Positions 39,601 through 51,380 of a stretch of DNA of 64,000 nucleotides are shown one piece after another. The notes beneath the pieces are model-generated. The model saw only the letters and a list, made by a program, of their open reading frames with translations. It was not told the DNA's origin and did no database searches. Within the stretch, counting starts at the first letter, position 1, and each line of letters opens with the position of its first letter. The stretch spans positions 13,764,001 to 13,828,000 of the forward strand of contig OZ176050.1 of NCBI GenBank assembly GCA_964247055.1, written 5' to 3'. A program made the translations under genes and the position numbers. This stretch comes from Paragordius varius. Taxonomy: Eukaryota > Animalia > Nematomorpha.

Positions 39601-42600
39601 AACGCTCGATGGGTCACAAAATTTTGATACAACCAAGCTAGTTGAATGGCCATCTGTACAAAATCGGCGTGTGAATCGAAAACAAACCACAAAATTGGAA
39701 TTCGAGAATGTTCGAACCCTTAAAGATGTCAATGCTGACGATTTAAATGGGAAAAACTTTAATAAATGGGTAGCTAATCTTGTGCCTCTAGACACTGATC
39801 AAACATTCGATATAAGGGATTTAGGTGTATCAGAAGCAACCATTCGGTTTGATTCCTTAACCGTTTTCCGTAGCCAAATCGAATTGGAAAATGGCAAATT
39901 CAATGATAATTTTGATTTGGATCAAGTTATTCAAGATGCTTGGAACGTGTCACTTGTTTCTAGCGATGATGATTCTTTTCTATTCATTGAAGATATAGTA
40001 TTTAAGGATGGCTTTGATGTTAACGCTGACTTAGAATTTGCCAGTAATGAGACCTATCAATCATTATTGAATGATGAATATCTATTTGAAGTGGATGAAT
40101 CCTATAAGCTTGGGCGAATCATCCCTGTTAAATCGTCTACAAATGACATGGAGGATGTTTCAACTGATTACGTAAGATTGGTAGGAAAATCAGCTGATCG
40201 CGACGCCTTGGCCCAAATTAGCAGTAAACCACAAGTGATTTATGGCAGAAAGATTATGAGTAATGGCTTTACCATTAACTCGATCGATAAGAATCAAGCA
40301 GCAAAACTAAAAATAAATATGATTAATGGAATCCCCTTCCCTCATGGCTTTTTAAGAGTTAGAGGTGATAATTCAAAACTTAATCAAGTCCATAATCAAG
40401 TCTATGAACCATTTCACAATTCTCATGGTACAAGCCCAACACCTATTGTAATCAAATTTACAAATACCGTTAAGATGCATGGCCGTAACAATGAAATTAA
40501 ACCAACTCATGTTCGCGTAAACAATCAAATAGATCTTAACAGACTCCTAGAAACAGAAGGCAGTTTTCAATCTAGTGTTGATGATAATTATCGAGATTCA
40601 ATTGATTCCCGCAAACAAAAACGCGTGTACAAGAAGGATAAAATCGTATTTCGAGGAAATGTGGCCACGAAAAATCTATTTTCTAGTGACAATTTAATTG
40701 ATGGTACCAATCTTTCTAGCGTTTTAGATCGAGCAATCCTTTCAACTCCATCCCTATCACATGCTCCACCAATTATTGTAAGCGGTGTTAAAACTTTTGA
40801 TTCAAGCTCTTCCCTTTCACGAGATAATAAAATTACATTTAATCGAAATGTTCGTATGGACAAGCCATTACAAAGCGTAATTAATGGGAAAACGACGTTT
40901 CAAAAGTTTGAAAGGAGTCTCATACCCTGTTATCAACCAGGTTTAAAATCAAATAAACCAAACTCTATCATAATACAATCGCCCCTAAGTTTGTCGGGAA
41001 AAATGATTTTATCGGAACCCAATATCGTGTTTAATGTAAATCGTTCAAAATTGCCACCTCATGTTATGTCATACATTGGAGACATTGATGAAAACGAAAG
41101 AAGTAAAAGCCTAGTTAAAATTCATAAAATTTATCGAAATCAATCTGATAATATTAACAATAACAACCCAATAAGTTTATCAAACCTGTTAGAGAATGAA
41201 TTGATCTATTTGGATAAACCGGTAGTTTTTGAAACACCAATTACGTTTCATGGAAAGTACTTTAAAATCATCTCTCCCAAAGCAAATCAACCACCGATTT
41301 TAGATATCAAAGGCAAACTAAATGGTGTATCTTTCGATAGCTTAAATATCCTTGTAACCAGTTTTATCCCTCAAAATAATCCAGAGGGCCTCCACAAACA
41401 AAATTATACGATTCCCATACGCCTCCAATTCGATAATCTCGTTATACATAATAATGTTGTGGCAGGAGACATCAATGAAAGCAAAGATATTTTGTTAAAT
41501 GGCGTTTCGCTTTCAGATTTTGCCCGGAGCATTCTTAAGCGATCAGATATACAGGATTTGTCAACCTTCATTACAGCCATGTTAAATGATGAGGGCGGAA
41601 AAGTTACAGAATTAGTTTTTGAGGGTGAAGTCCACATTAATGCCAACTTAATTGTATCCGGTTCCGTTAATCAAATGGATGATATAAACGCCTTGGTTGT
41701 TCCAATATCTCTTCCCCCCAAAAAAGTAAATGATGACGATACCGACACCATGCAAATTATAACAGCTAAACAATGTTTTATACGCGGGTCAACGTTTAAG
41801 CTTGTGGGTCGCGAAAATGCCTTGAAAATGGATCCAGACTCTAGCGTATTTGGTGTTAACCTTAATGAACTCGTTACTCAAATCATTTCAACCCAAAGCA
41901 GAGATGGTGTTGTTCAAATCCAGGTTGGTGATAACGTTCAGTTTGATGGAACGATATCCCTAGAATCTGATTTGGATATTTCAGGCAAGATTAATGACAT
42001 CGAGTTACAGGTATTACCTTGATATTTTATGTGTTAAATATTATCGTCTTAAAAGTTTTTTCTAAAATATAATTAAGCTTTGTAAGATCTAGATAATAAT
42101 TCCAAAACAAAACCGTACGAAATTATTACAAATATAGCAGAATTAGTAATAAACATAAACTTTAATTTTGCCTCGTGTTTGGATGGAACTTTATAATAGT
42201 TAATAATGCCGTTAATTCGTCCAGAAAAACTGTTCGACTGCCACTCAATACAGTATGCATTTTAATGGTTGCTTTTTTCTCACTATAGTACGGCAATTTT
42301 CAACACAGTAGTGTATGGAAAAAATAACAAAATATTGAATAAACAATTATTTCCTTTCTTTTTCCATACTACACTCCTGTGTCGAGAATGGCCCTACTAT
42401 AGTGTGAAATAAGCAACCATTAAAATGCATACTGTAATTTTAATTTTTATTGGGTGCCTTTTTATTTCCCACATTTATAGGAGATAATTACTGCCATTGA
42501 GGAATATAATTCACTGACTCGTATAACTCGCGAAAAATCAGCCGCAGATTTAGATCACCAATGTGAAAGAAAGGGTATGATAGAACAAATGGCATATGAA

Positions 42601-45600
42601 CAAGTCTATAAGCTATCACATTTCATGAACCATTGGGATTTGAACAATGAACAACACCCCAATTCTCCTCCTTCCTCGGTTAAAAAACCCACACTTGATT
42701 TATCTTTACTGACTGTGTCATCACCAATGTCGAATACGCATTATGTCATGGTAAGTCGTGTCAATGAATATCAGCACTATAATACACATTCTCAAGGGCA
42801 AGGGGCGAAATCACTGGCATCGTATGTCGCTTATAAACAGGATATAAGTATGGAAACTGCCTCATACTTTGAATATTGTGATCGACCCACCAATATGAGT
42901 TCTGCTGCATCTCTTACTGTTAATGTTTGGGCTGTTACGGCTAAAGATATGAATAATTCCACCCAAGGATTAATTAAACCCTATAAAACTGCCGTGGAAC
43001 TCAATAAGGGACCAGGTGGACCGTTAGTTTTAAAATCGCATCCATTGAACAAAGGAATGTGGAAAAATGTTATGTATGATCAAGATGAATCACATAGTAC
43101 AACAAAATATTTAAGTGCTTTAATAGGTTGTGGTCCTATGCGAATATTTGAATTTGAAACATCAAAAGATCATTCGAATCAAATGGATGTCGAACTCAAG
43201 CATGCATATCAAAATTTAATAAATATCCAACAAATCGAATTTCTTGTCCGGGTAAAACCCTTACACAAAAAGTATGAAGGCTCAACCGGTCATCAAAATT
43301 CTGCCATATATGTTACCGGTTTGAGTGGAGGCCAAAACTCGTTACAAGAACCGTTAACTGTTAATGTCCTCTCCCCCAAAACATTCCAATATTTCAAAAG
43401 AAAAAGCATAGCTGTAGTTTTAACCGAGAAGTTTGGAAACAAAAATAGCCATAGTCTTTCAACGCGTCATGGCGCAACGAGATCCATTGAAATACATGAA
43501 ATTGATATGACAACTTTTGCCAATAAACTCATTATAGAAGGTATTGGTTTGGCCGAAACATCCGTTTTGTCAACTCATGCCGATGAAACTAAAACTAAAT
43601 TGGGATCAAATGTCAAATCACCTGAATATGGAAACAACATGGGTTCTCGTTACCAAATTGGTCGAACGAAAAAAGCTCCTGGAAATACTAATCATCATGA
43701 ATCAACCATAGATTTAAGTGGGTTTGCCATTTTTACCATGATTGATACATTCAAACCTTTGGGTGGAAAAAATGATGATAATAATAGCCTTGACACAGTT
43801 CCCTATTATAGTTCAGCTTCTAATGGTACTTTCCTTATGGCATGGAGTTCAGATCGTTCAAAACAGCTGACACCAAAAGCTTGGCTATATTCGGTGGATT
43901 TGATTGAGCGTCGTTTTGAACGCATTCAAATATTTTTATCGTATCGATACATAGATGTGGAAATTATAAGTTTCATAACGCCACAATTTTATACCAATCC
44001 TACAGTACAATTACAATTACCCGCGTATTCCAGAGAACCTACGCATGTTCAAGATACATTTATTGTACTGGCTTCGGAACGGAGTTTGAATGTACATAAC
44101 GATTACCCTACGGTCGATATTGAAGTTTATAGGAATAAAAATTTTGGTGGAGTGTTGGATAATACCCATCGCTCGCAAGATAATTTAAGGTAAATTTCAA
44201 ATTTTATGGTGTATATATATATGTGTTAAATTGATATAAAATGAATTTTAATAAAAAAATAATTTAGATTGAGTTAAGTTTCAAAATTTAATATAATATA
44301 TATTAATTGGATTTATAGATCTTTTGAGCTCTTGCAAAATATTCAAGAGGAAAAAGTACTGGATTTAAGTCACTTCATAATTGGAAGCATACCCGACATT
44401 TATTTTATAGTAGCACGTTGGGATAACTTTATACATTTGTATCATTACAAGGGTAAGTTATATATATAAAATTTATTTATTGTAAAAAGTTAATTCAAAA
44501 TTCAAATACAGACATTGAAACTATAGGAACAAAATGTAAAATAAAGACAAATATTTTTTTAAAAAGACAACCATAAAACTTATTATTTCCTAGAAGTTAT
44601 TTTTCCCTATATAAGTTATTTATTATAGAATATAAAATTGATTGTGCAGTTATATATATATATATATCTAATTTTACCATTTTAAACAATTTATTTTTAA
44701 AAATCAAGATTAAAAAAAGTATGGTTGTCTTTTATAAAAAAATATTTGTCTTTATATTTTTACGTTTTGTCCGTATAATCTTAATTTTTACTACCGTATT
44801 TTGTTGTATTAGGTATTTTGGGTTTTCAATTGGAGTTGATTTCGCGATCCTCAGCTATAAAATCGATTCAACCATTTTTCCAAGGTAATTTATTATAATA
44901 TTCAATCAATATCTTTTAAATTAATAAGCTATGGCAACATATAAATGATAATTTTTGGCAGTAAAATTGAAATAATGCAAACAAAACGTGAAAACATAAG
45001 GACAAATTTTTTCCCTAAAGACAATTATACTCTTTTTTCTTATTCATTGTTAATATATAGATTAATCATTACAATTGTAACAATATTGATTGTGTTACCA
45101 ATTTACGTGTCTATTTCATATTTTGTAATTTAATACAAAGAGTTATATTTGTAAAAATTAAGTTTAAAAATGTGGTACGATCTTTTGAAAAAAAATATTT
45201 GTCTTTCCTTATGACTGTGTAATGATCAATATACAGTAAAAAAGACAACCATATTTTTACATCATGATTTTTTTTGAATATAACTTATTGTTTTCCAAAT
45301 AGCCAAGTAGAGATGTATATTGGTCACTTATCATCTATATTTTTTACGCATGTTAATAAATATTTTATATAAGAAAAATTAAGGAATAAAAATATATTGT
45401 CTTTTGAAAAAAAAATATTTGTCTTTATATTTTCAAGTTTTGTCCGTATAATTTCAATTTTTACTGTATAATTCTAGGTTCAGATTTATATTTGGCAATG
45501 TTTAAATCACCTAAAAGTCACTTATTAGCCCGGAATTCGATCGCAAAAGCCGTCTTCATAGGCAATTGGATAAACCCAACAAATAAAAGGACATGTAATT

Positions 45601-45617
45601 TGCGTGATAGCATTTAA
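30618..45617 (+). CDS. Giant secreted Closca/Polehole (fs(1)M3)-like protein with EAR/EPTP-like terminal regions and a central repeat array, 18 exons, ~3370 aa
   Basis: Signal peptide MNKPSIKLGLFLIILTATAFWVNIGKC. In-frame GT-AG exon chain: 30618-30895, 30980-31090, 31230-31776, 32265-32514, 32716-32899, 32973-33977, 34128-34587, 35615-36483, 36946-37136, 37218-~37313, ~37547-37681, ~37815-38109, ~38291-38729, 38824-42010, ~42480-44189, ~44320-44452, ~44812-44884, ~45478-45617. EAR-like motifs include LYLWNEKIEDF, LHTFKWVGLAFVPF, LYHYKGILGF and terminal IAKAVFIG. Heptad segments flank ~18 (I/L/V)NG(I/V)(D/N)L...Q-x-I-x-G-x-K-x-F repeats. The gene model is well supported; the family name rests on recalled motif similarity only. 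Confidence 0.75.
37340..37478. mobile_element. Family A' short MITE
   Basis: TATACCATTTTTACGTCAAAAGTAACATTTT...AAATGTTGCGTTTG...AAAAATGGTATATA. Confidence 0.75.
42251..42434. mobile_element. Family C MITE
   Basis: TA-CAGTATGCATTTTAATGGTTGC...GCAACCATTAAAATGCATACTG-TA. Confidence 0.9.
44509..44793. mobile_element. Family B MITE
   Basis: AAAGACAAATATTTTTTTAAAAAGACAACCATA / TATGGTTGTCTTTT...TTTGTCTTTATATTTTTACGTTTTGTCCGTATAAT. Confidence 0.8.
45234..45466. mobile_element. Family B MITE (internally deleted left arm)
   Basis: TACAGTAAAAAAGACAACCATA...TTTGTCCGTATAATTTCAATTTTTACTGTA; another degenerate B copy lies just upstream (~44960-45220). Confidence 0.7.
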
Positions 45618-46006
45618 ACGAAAAAAAATTATTTATTTTACTTATCTTTTTTGTTACTAATAATTTTTACATGTAGTATATTATCTTCAGTAGTACAAAT
45701 TAATTATAGTTATTTATATTTATACACATATATTGTTCAATTCTGTGATTTAAAATTAATGCAATAAATAATTAAATTATATATTTGAGAGATGAATAAT
45801 TAATAAAATCAAAATTGTTTATCCCTTCAAGGAAAAGGGTCTTATATTCAAAACCAATTTTGCAATAATCAATTTTGACTTTTAAAAATAAAAATCGAAA
45901 AAGGGTAAGATAGCGCAAATCAAATAATTATATTTTGATAGTAATGTATTTTGTTTATGTTTCGTTTAAACAGAAATAGAAAGCCCTCCATCCGAATTCA
46001 CTCAAA

Positions 46007-46319
46007 TATACCATTTACAATTTATATTCACCATTAAACAATTCCAATTCACCCTTAAACCCCTCAAAAATTCAAATTAACCCTAAAAAAATTATGTGTT
46101 TTCAAGATAATATAACTCACCATTAATCTGAAATATATCCTTATGCATGTTTATTATATTTTTAGAATTATTTTAATTTTATACAAAATTCGATTTTTTT
46201 AAAACATTAAAAAATTTAGGCAATTTTAGCCGAAAAAACATTTATTTTAGGGTGTATTTTAAATTGTTCAAGGGTAAATTTCGATTGTTCGAGGATGAAT
46301 TTGAAGTATAAATAGTACA
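46007..46319. mobile_element. Family A MITE between two convergent 3' ends
   Basis: TATACCATTTACAATT...AATTCACCC...GGGT(G/A)AATTT...TTTGAAGTATAAATAGTA. Confidence 0.8.
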
Positions 46320-46440
46320 TTTAACAAAATTTTACTTAAAATGATATAAATGTCCAAATTAAATATTATACCAATCAAAAAAGAAGTTACATTTATTTGT
46401 TTCATCACGATTATCTCTATAAAAATGTTAACACATTTAG

Positions 46441-46471
<31 letters not shown>

Positions 46472-46571
46472 TAATTGTTTAATAAAACCAACAACACTTT
46501 TTCACACCAAATACATTATTAATAATTTCCCCCATACAGCTATCCTTGTGTTAAAAATTCAACAAGCTTCA

Positions 46572-49500
46572 TCATTGTTCATCATGTGTCCGTAATGCTT
46601 TTGATTGTTCATTTTCAGTTAATTTTTCCCCAGGATTATTAATGCTTTTTTCGAAAGAATAGGGACCTTTAGAGCCCTCCTGACGTACAAACAAATGCAA
46701 AGTTTTAAGAAATTGATCAAATGCCAGGAGGATTCGATATCCAACCCTTTTACAGCCTGATGACGAGAAAAATGGTTTTTCAGCTGGGAAATAGATAAGT
46801 TCTGAACTTACATTATGTACCATATCGTGTAAGACATTCATCCTTTGTAATAAAAGTAAAAATAAAAACTATGAAATATTCATTTTGGTTTCTGCTAAAT
46901 GCAAAGAATACATATTATTTAAGTTTATGCAAAACATGATTTTTAATTAATATAGTAAAAACTGAGATAAAACGAAAAGACAAATCCTTTTTTATGAAAG
47001 TCTCCATACTTTTTAAATCATCATGATTCATTTAAATATAACTCATTGTTTTAAATGGCAAAGTGTGAAATAGAGATATAAACTAACACAATCAATACAA
47101 TATTTTAAAATTGTAACCAAATAGCTTTATGAGAAAAATTAAGGGTTTAAAAAGTATGATTGTCTTTTGAAAAAAAATATTTGTCCATATATTTTTACGT
47201 TAAGTCCGTACTTACTGTAATATAAATTGATGTAAAGATGATATTTTTCAATCATTACTAGCAGTATGCATTGTCAACACGTTACAATTAAAAACAAAAA
47301 AATCACGTTTAAAAAAAATTGATTATTAATGTACAAACATAATTTGAATTTAACATAAAATATTTCACCGTAAATTTAAATAAATCCATTACTTTGAATA
47401 TAATGTATAAAAAATATTCCGGTTAAAATCAGTATCCAAAATTTAAAAATACATTAATTAGAAAATTTTAAATTAAAAAAAATATTAAAACTTAATATAA
47501 TTATAAAACTATGTTTGGTATACCAAAATATTTTAAAATATAAATTATAAGCTTAACTCAAACTACAAAATTCCATAACTTGACCCATAAAAAATGCAAG
47601 AAAAATAAAATCAGGCTAAAACCCATTTACTAACTATAATAAAAATAAGCTTTTTATATAACGTCATTTATCTATTCCATTTTCTGAATAAGCAATTTCT
47701 TCAAAAATTATAATTAAAAAACCCTGTAAAATTATTTGTAAAATTTATCATACAAATAAAAACCTTTCGGGTGTCAAGTATGGTTTATAAATTTCCAAGG
47801 CAGGTAATGCCAATATAGCATTGAGTTCGGCTTGTGCACATTCCTTCACATGACTAAACGTGAGCGGTAAGAACGGGATAAAATTATCAATTAAATGGCG
47901 ATCGATTAGTGTAGAATGCCATAATCCGCCTATAAATATATATATTTATTGATTATTTTTAGTGAAAACAAAACGCTCTTTACTAACTAATATCTCTTTA
48001 GTACGATCAAAAAGAAACCGCATAATGGAAAAGTTATAAATTAAAATTGATATTTTACTATAAAAGATGAGATGATTAAATCAAAAAGACGGACTAAAAA
48101 AGATTTTTACTTAATAAGTGTTTTAAATGTTTAAATTTCAAGGCCCAATTTGTGTCAAAATGATTTAAAATGTCAATTTTTGCCATCTCATGTGTGCTAT
48201 AAAAGCTAAAAAATGATAAAATTCTTTGTAAAAAAAAGAAATAAAAATAGGAGGAACAACTCTCAAATAATCGTCCACCCAAAAAAATTAAGACAGATAA
48301 AAATTGAAATTAAACGGACAAAATTAAAAAAAAGACAAATATTTTTTCAAAAGACAACAATCATACTTTTTAAATCTTGATTTATTTATATAAAACTAAT
48401 TGTTTGAAATTGTCAAGTATGGAAAAGTATGTGTATTGGTAAAACAATCAATTATCAATTTAAAATTTTAATTAAATAGTTTATATAAGAAAAAAAATAC
48501 CGTTTAAAAATGCACGGTTGTCTGTTGTTAAAAAAATCTTTATATTTTTATATTTGTCCGTATAAAATCAATTTTTACTCTAATATTTCGGATAAAAACT
48601 CACCTTCATCGTTAAATGCTTTTTGGCTCAGTACCTCTTGAAATTGTAGACTGGTTAAATCATCTCGACTCTTGCCCAATTCCCATTGCCGTAAAACGAT
48701 TTGTGATATGGCTGAACCTCCGCTATTGCTAAAAATATAAAGTCAAATATTTTAGAAATAAATTCATATGTGGAAAAAAAAATTTGGTTTTCAAATGCTT
48801 AGTAAATTAAAGTTGATTAATATATGGATTCAATATTTAGTAGTTATAGTAATAGCTAACTGTTTCATAATATTATTTAAAATGCGCGTATAAAATAAAT
48901 TATAACTTTATAAAATTTACAAGCGAGTTAAATATTAACCATTTATTGCTTTTACAAGACGGTACTACTATAAAAAGATATCCTTCCATTTATAATACAA
49001 TACAATATAATACAATTGTCACCAAACTTATTTAATCAAACAATTTTTACCATATATTAGGAATTATTATAAAAAGTTTATAATTTATAGTTTAGTTTTT
49101 TATGCTATTAAAACCTAATAAGTATAAAAATATTTTTGGTGTAATCTATGCCATTTTCATAATGGGAATCCAAAAAAGGTGCTAAGGCCTCTAAGCTGTC
49201 GGGATCCATCCTATCAACTTCATCTATTACAAATAATTGTTGGTTACAAACGCTTGTATTTCCAGTTATCCATTTTCGAATTTGATCCTAAAAACGACAA
49301 ATTATTCAATCATATTACATTATGTATATACCATTTACAGTTCAACTTAAACAATTCAAATTCACCCTTGAACAATTCAAATTCCCCTTTAAACAATTCA
49401 AATTCACCCTAAAAATAAATTATGTAAATATATGTTTATGTTATAGTTTATTATTTTACAGTATTATTTTAATTTAAAACAAAATTTTTATTTTTTAAAA

Positions 49501-50889
49501 ATATATAAAAATATTGGTAATTTTTAATTTTAAAAAACATATATTTTATTTGAGGGTGAATTTGAATTGTTCGAGGGTGAATTTGAACTGTAAATGGTAT
49601 ATATATATATATAGGTATATAAAGTATGCATTTTAATGGTGGTTGCTTATTTCACACACTATAGTAGGGGGGGGGGGGGGGGGGGGCATTTGCAACACAC
49701 AGTAGTGTATGGAAAAAACAACAAAATGCTGAAAAAACAATTTTTTCTTTTCTTTTTTCCATATACTACTGTGTGTTGCAAATTGCCCTACTATAGTGTG
49801 AAATAAAGCAACCATTAAAATGCATACTGTACAAAGCACTTATATTTGCTTAAAATTGACATATATTTCATATTTATGTTATTTAATATTTTATATTAAG
49901 TATGATTGGTGTTAAAGGGAAAGAATGATACTAGTTTATTTATCGAAACGATTACGAGCTAAAAATTAATTATTCTTTTATTAAGATTTAAACAGTTTGA
50001 AATCTATCTTAACGTTTTGAATATAACTAATTTGACAATTAAATTTTAGCATCAAACACATGTTTTTCCAATTATATTCAAAATATAATTATTATTTATA
50101 AAACAATTTTCAGGGGCTAACATAATCATTAATGGTTAAAATATCTTATATAACCAAAAAGAAGATAACAAATCAACTATTAAGACTAGTCTTTATGATA
50201 AGTAGTTGTAATCTGCTCGATTATTAGATTTGTAAAAAATAAACATAATTCTGATAAAAGTATTCCTGATATGAGAGATTTAAATGCTTCAATTAAACTC
50301 CACTCCTGCGAAGTATTTAAAAGAGGCATTTATAAACATTTACTAATATTGGATTTTTTTAAAATTTAAATAATTTAAAAATAATTAGGCCAATAGTGTT
50401 TTAAATAAAAAACCACATGTGGTACTTAACCTGATATATGTTAGATTGAGATTTGTGGGGAAAATGCAAAGTAGCAATCCATAAATGAACAAATTTACTA
50501 TTAATCCCTTTTGTGTACAAATTTTTTGCAATTATGCGACTGACATAAGATTTGCCTAAAAGTAATAAGATATAATATTAACCTATTCCGGTAGTGCCAT
50601 GAAAAGATAAAACGAGTGGTTTAGATGAAGCTCCCGTACGTTTCATCTTTAAGCTATGTATAATGTCATTTTTGGCTATATGTTGGCCAAAAACAGTTTT
50701 ATCTAATTCGTTTTCAAGACCTTTATATTTATACAAGTTTATACTAAAAGTATTATTTGATATCCATTTGGGATTGCAATATTCTTGTCCAAGTACCCAA
50801 TTCGCTCCATCCGATAGTTTTCTTAAAAAATCCCCATGCAACTGTGTTAAATAGTTTAGTATACAGATAATTGCAAATCTAATCTTCAT
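46572..50889 (-). CDS. TOR1A: Torsin family AAA+ ATPase (ER lumen), 7 exons, ~380 aa
   Basis: Exons 50889-50745, 50720-50583, 50555-50431, 49287-49115, 48728-48604, 47929-47764, 46842-46572 keep phase throughout (1143 nt). Motifs: signal peptide, VFGQHIAK, KPLVLSFHGTTGIGKSYVS (Walker A), VHLWIATLHFPH, FVIDEVDRM (Walker B), IFILISNSGG, IDNFIPFLPL, FSSSGCKRV (sensor II). The symbol denotes the family, not strict orthology. Confidence 0.93.
46953..47217. mobile_element. Family B MITE
   Basis: TAGTAAAAACTGAG...AAAAGACAAAT...CCATACTTT / AAAAGTATGATTGTCTTTTG...GTCCGTACTTACTG. Confidence 0.7.
48294..48580. mobile_element. Family B MITE
   Basis: AAAATTGAAATTAAACGGACAAAA...AAAAGACAAC / GGTTGTC...TTTGTCCGTATAAAATCAATTTTTACT. 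Confidence 0.75.
49327..49602. mobile_element. Family A MITE
   Basis: TATACCATTTACAGTTCAA...(AACAATTCAAATTC)x3...GGGTGAATTTGAACTGTAAATGGTATA. Confidence 0.85.
49622..49829. mobile_element. Family C MITE with G20 expansion
   Basis: AGTATGCATTTTAATGGTGGTTGC...GCAACCATTAAAATGCATACTG-TA. Confidence 0.85.
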
Positions 50890-51380
50890 TTTAGATCTAT
50901 AATACTTTCATGCATGTTTAACTAAACTCAAATTGCTAACTGCAAAAGGTTAACCACTCGGCACAATTTTTAAAAACTTCGTATAGCCTATATGTGACGA
51001 ATATATTAAGACTCCAAAAATAATATTTAATTTTTTGGTGAGAATTTGTTTTGGGATATGTTTACCCTGAGGTTTTTACAAAAAACTACCCACTGCTTTG
51101 ACAGTTGTTTTGTCTAAATTTTATAACATCGTTTCTTGAGTACATAAAAAACTTAAATTTTTACAGTTATGCACCTTTAAAAATATGAAATTGGTATAAA
51201 ATCCAAGATAGAACAAATAGTTAATCAATATATATTATTTTGCATATTAACACTCCTTTACCTTTTGGGGAAGTTTTAATCCTAGAGTTGAAATTTGATA
51301 TTTAAAAATCAAGGTATTAAGGAGTAGAAATTATATTTTATTAATCTTCTGGTTTTTCAAAATGTAAGAATTCATACCAC

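Noticed and set aside
38274-41646. Antisense ORFs (124, 146, 91 and 80 aa) over the giant gene, and similar ones over the Rab exons
   Set aside because: Expected shadows of long sense ORFs, with no independent coding signal.
50540-50600. Canonical GKS Walker A instead of the torsin-typical GKN
   Set aside because: Ser at this position also occurs in other torsin paralogues (recalled for Tor2A and Tor4A), so it is not novel.
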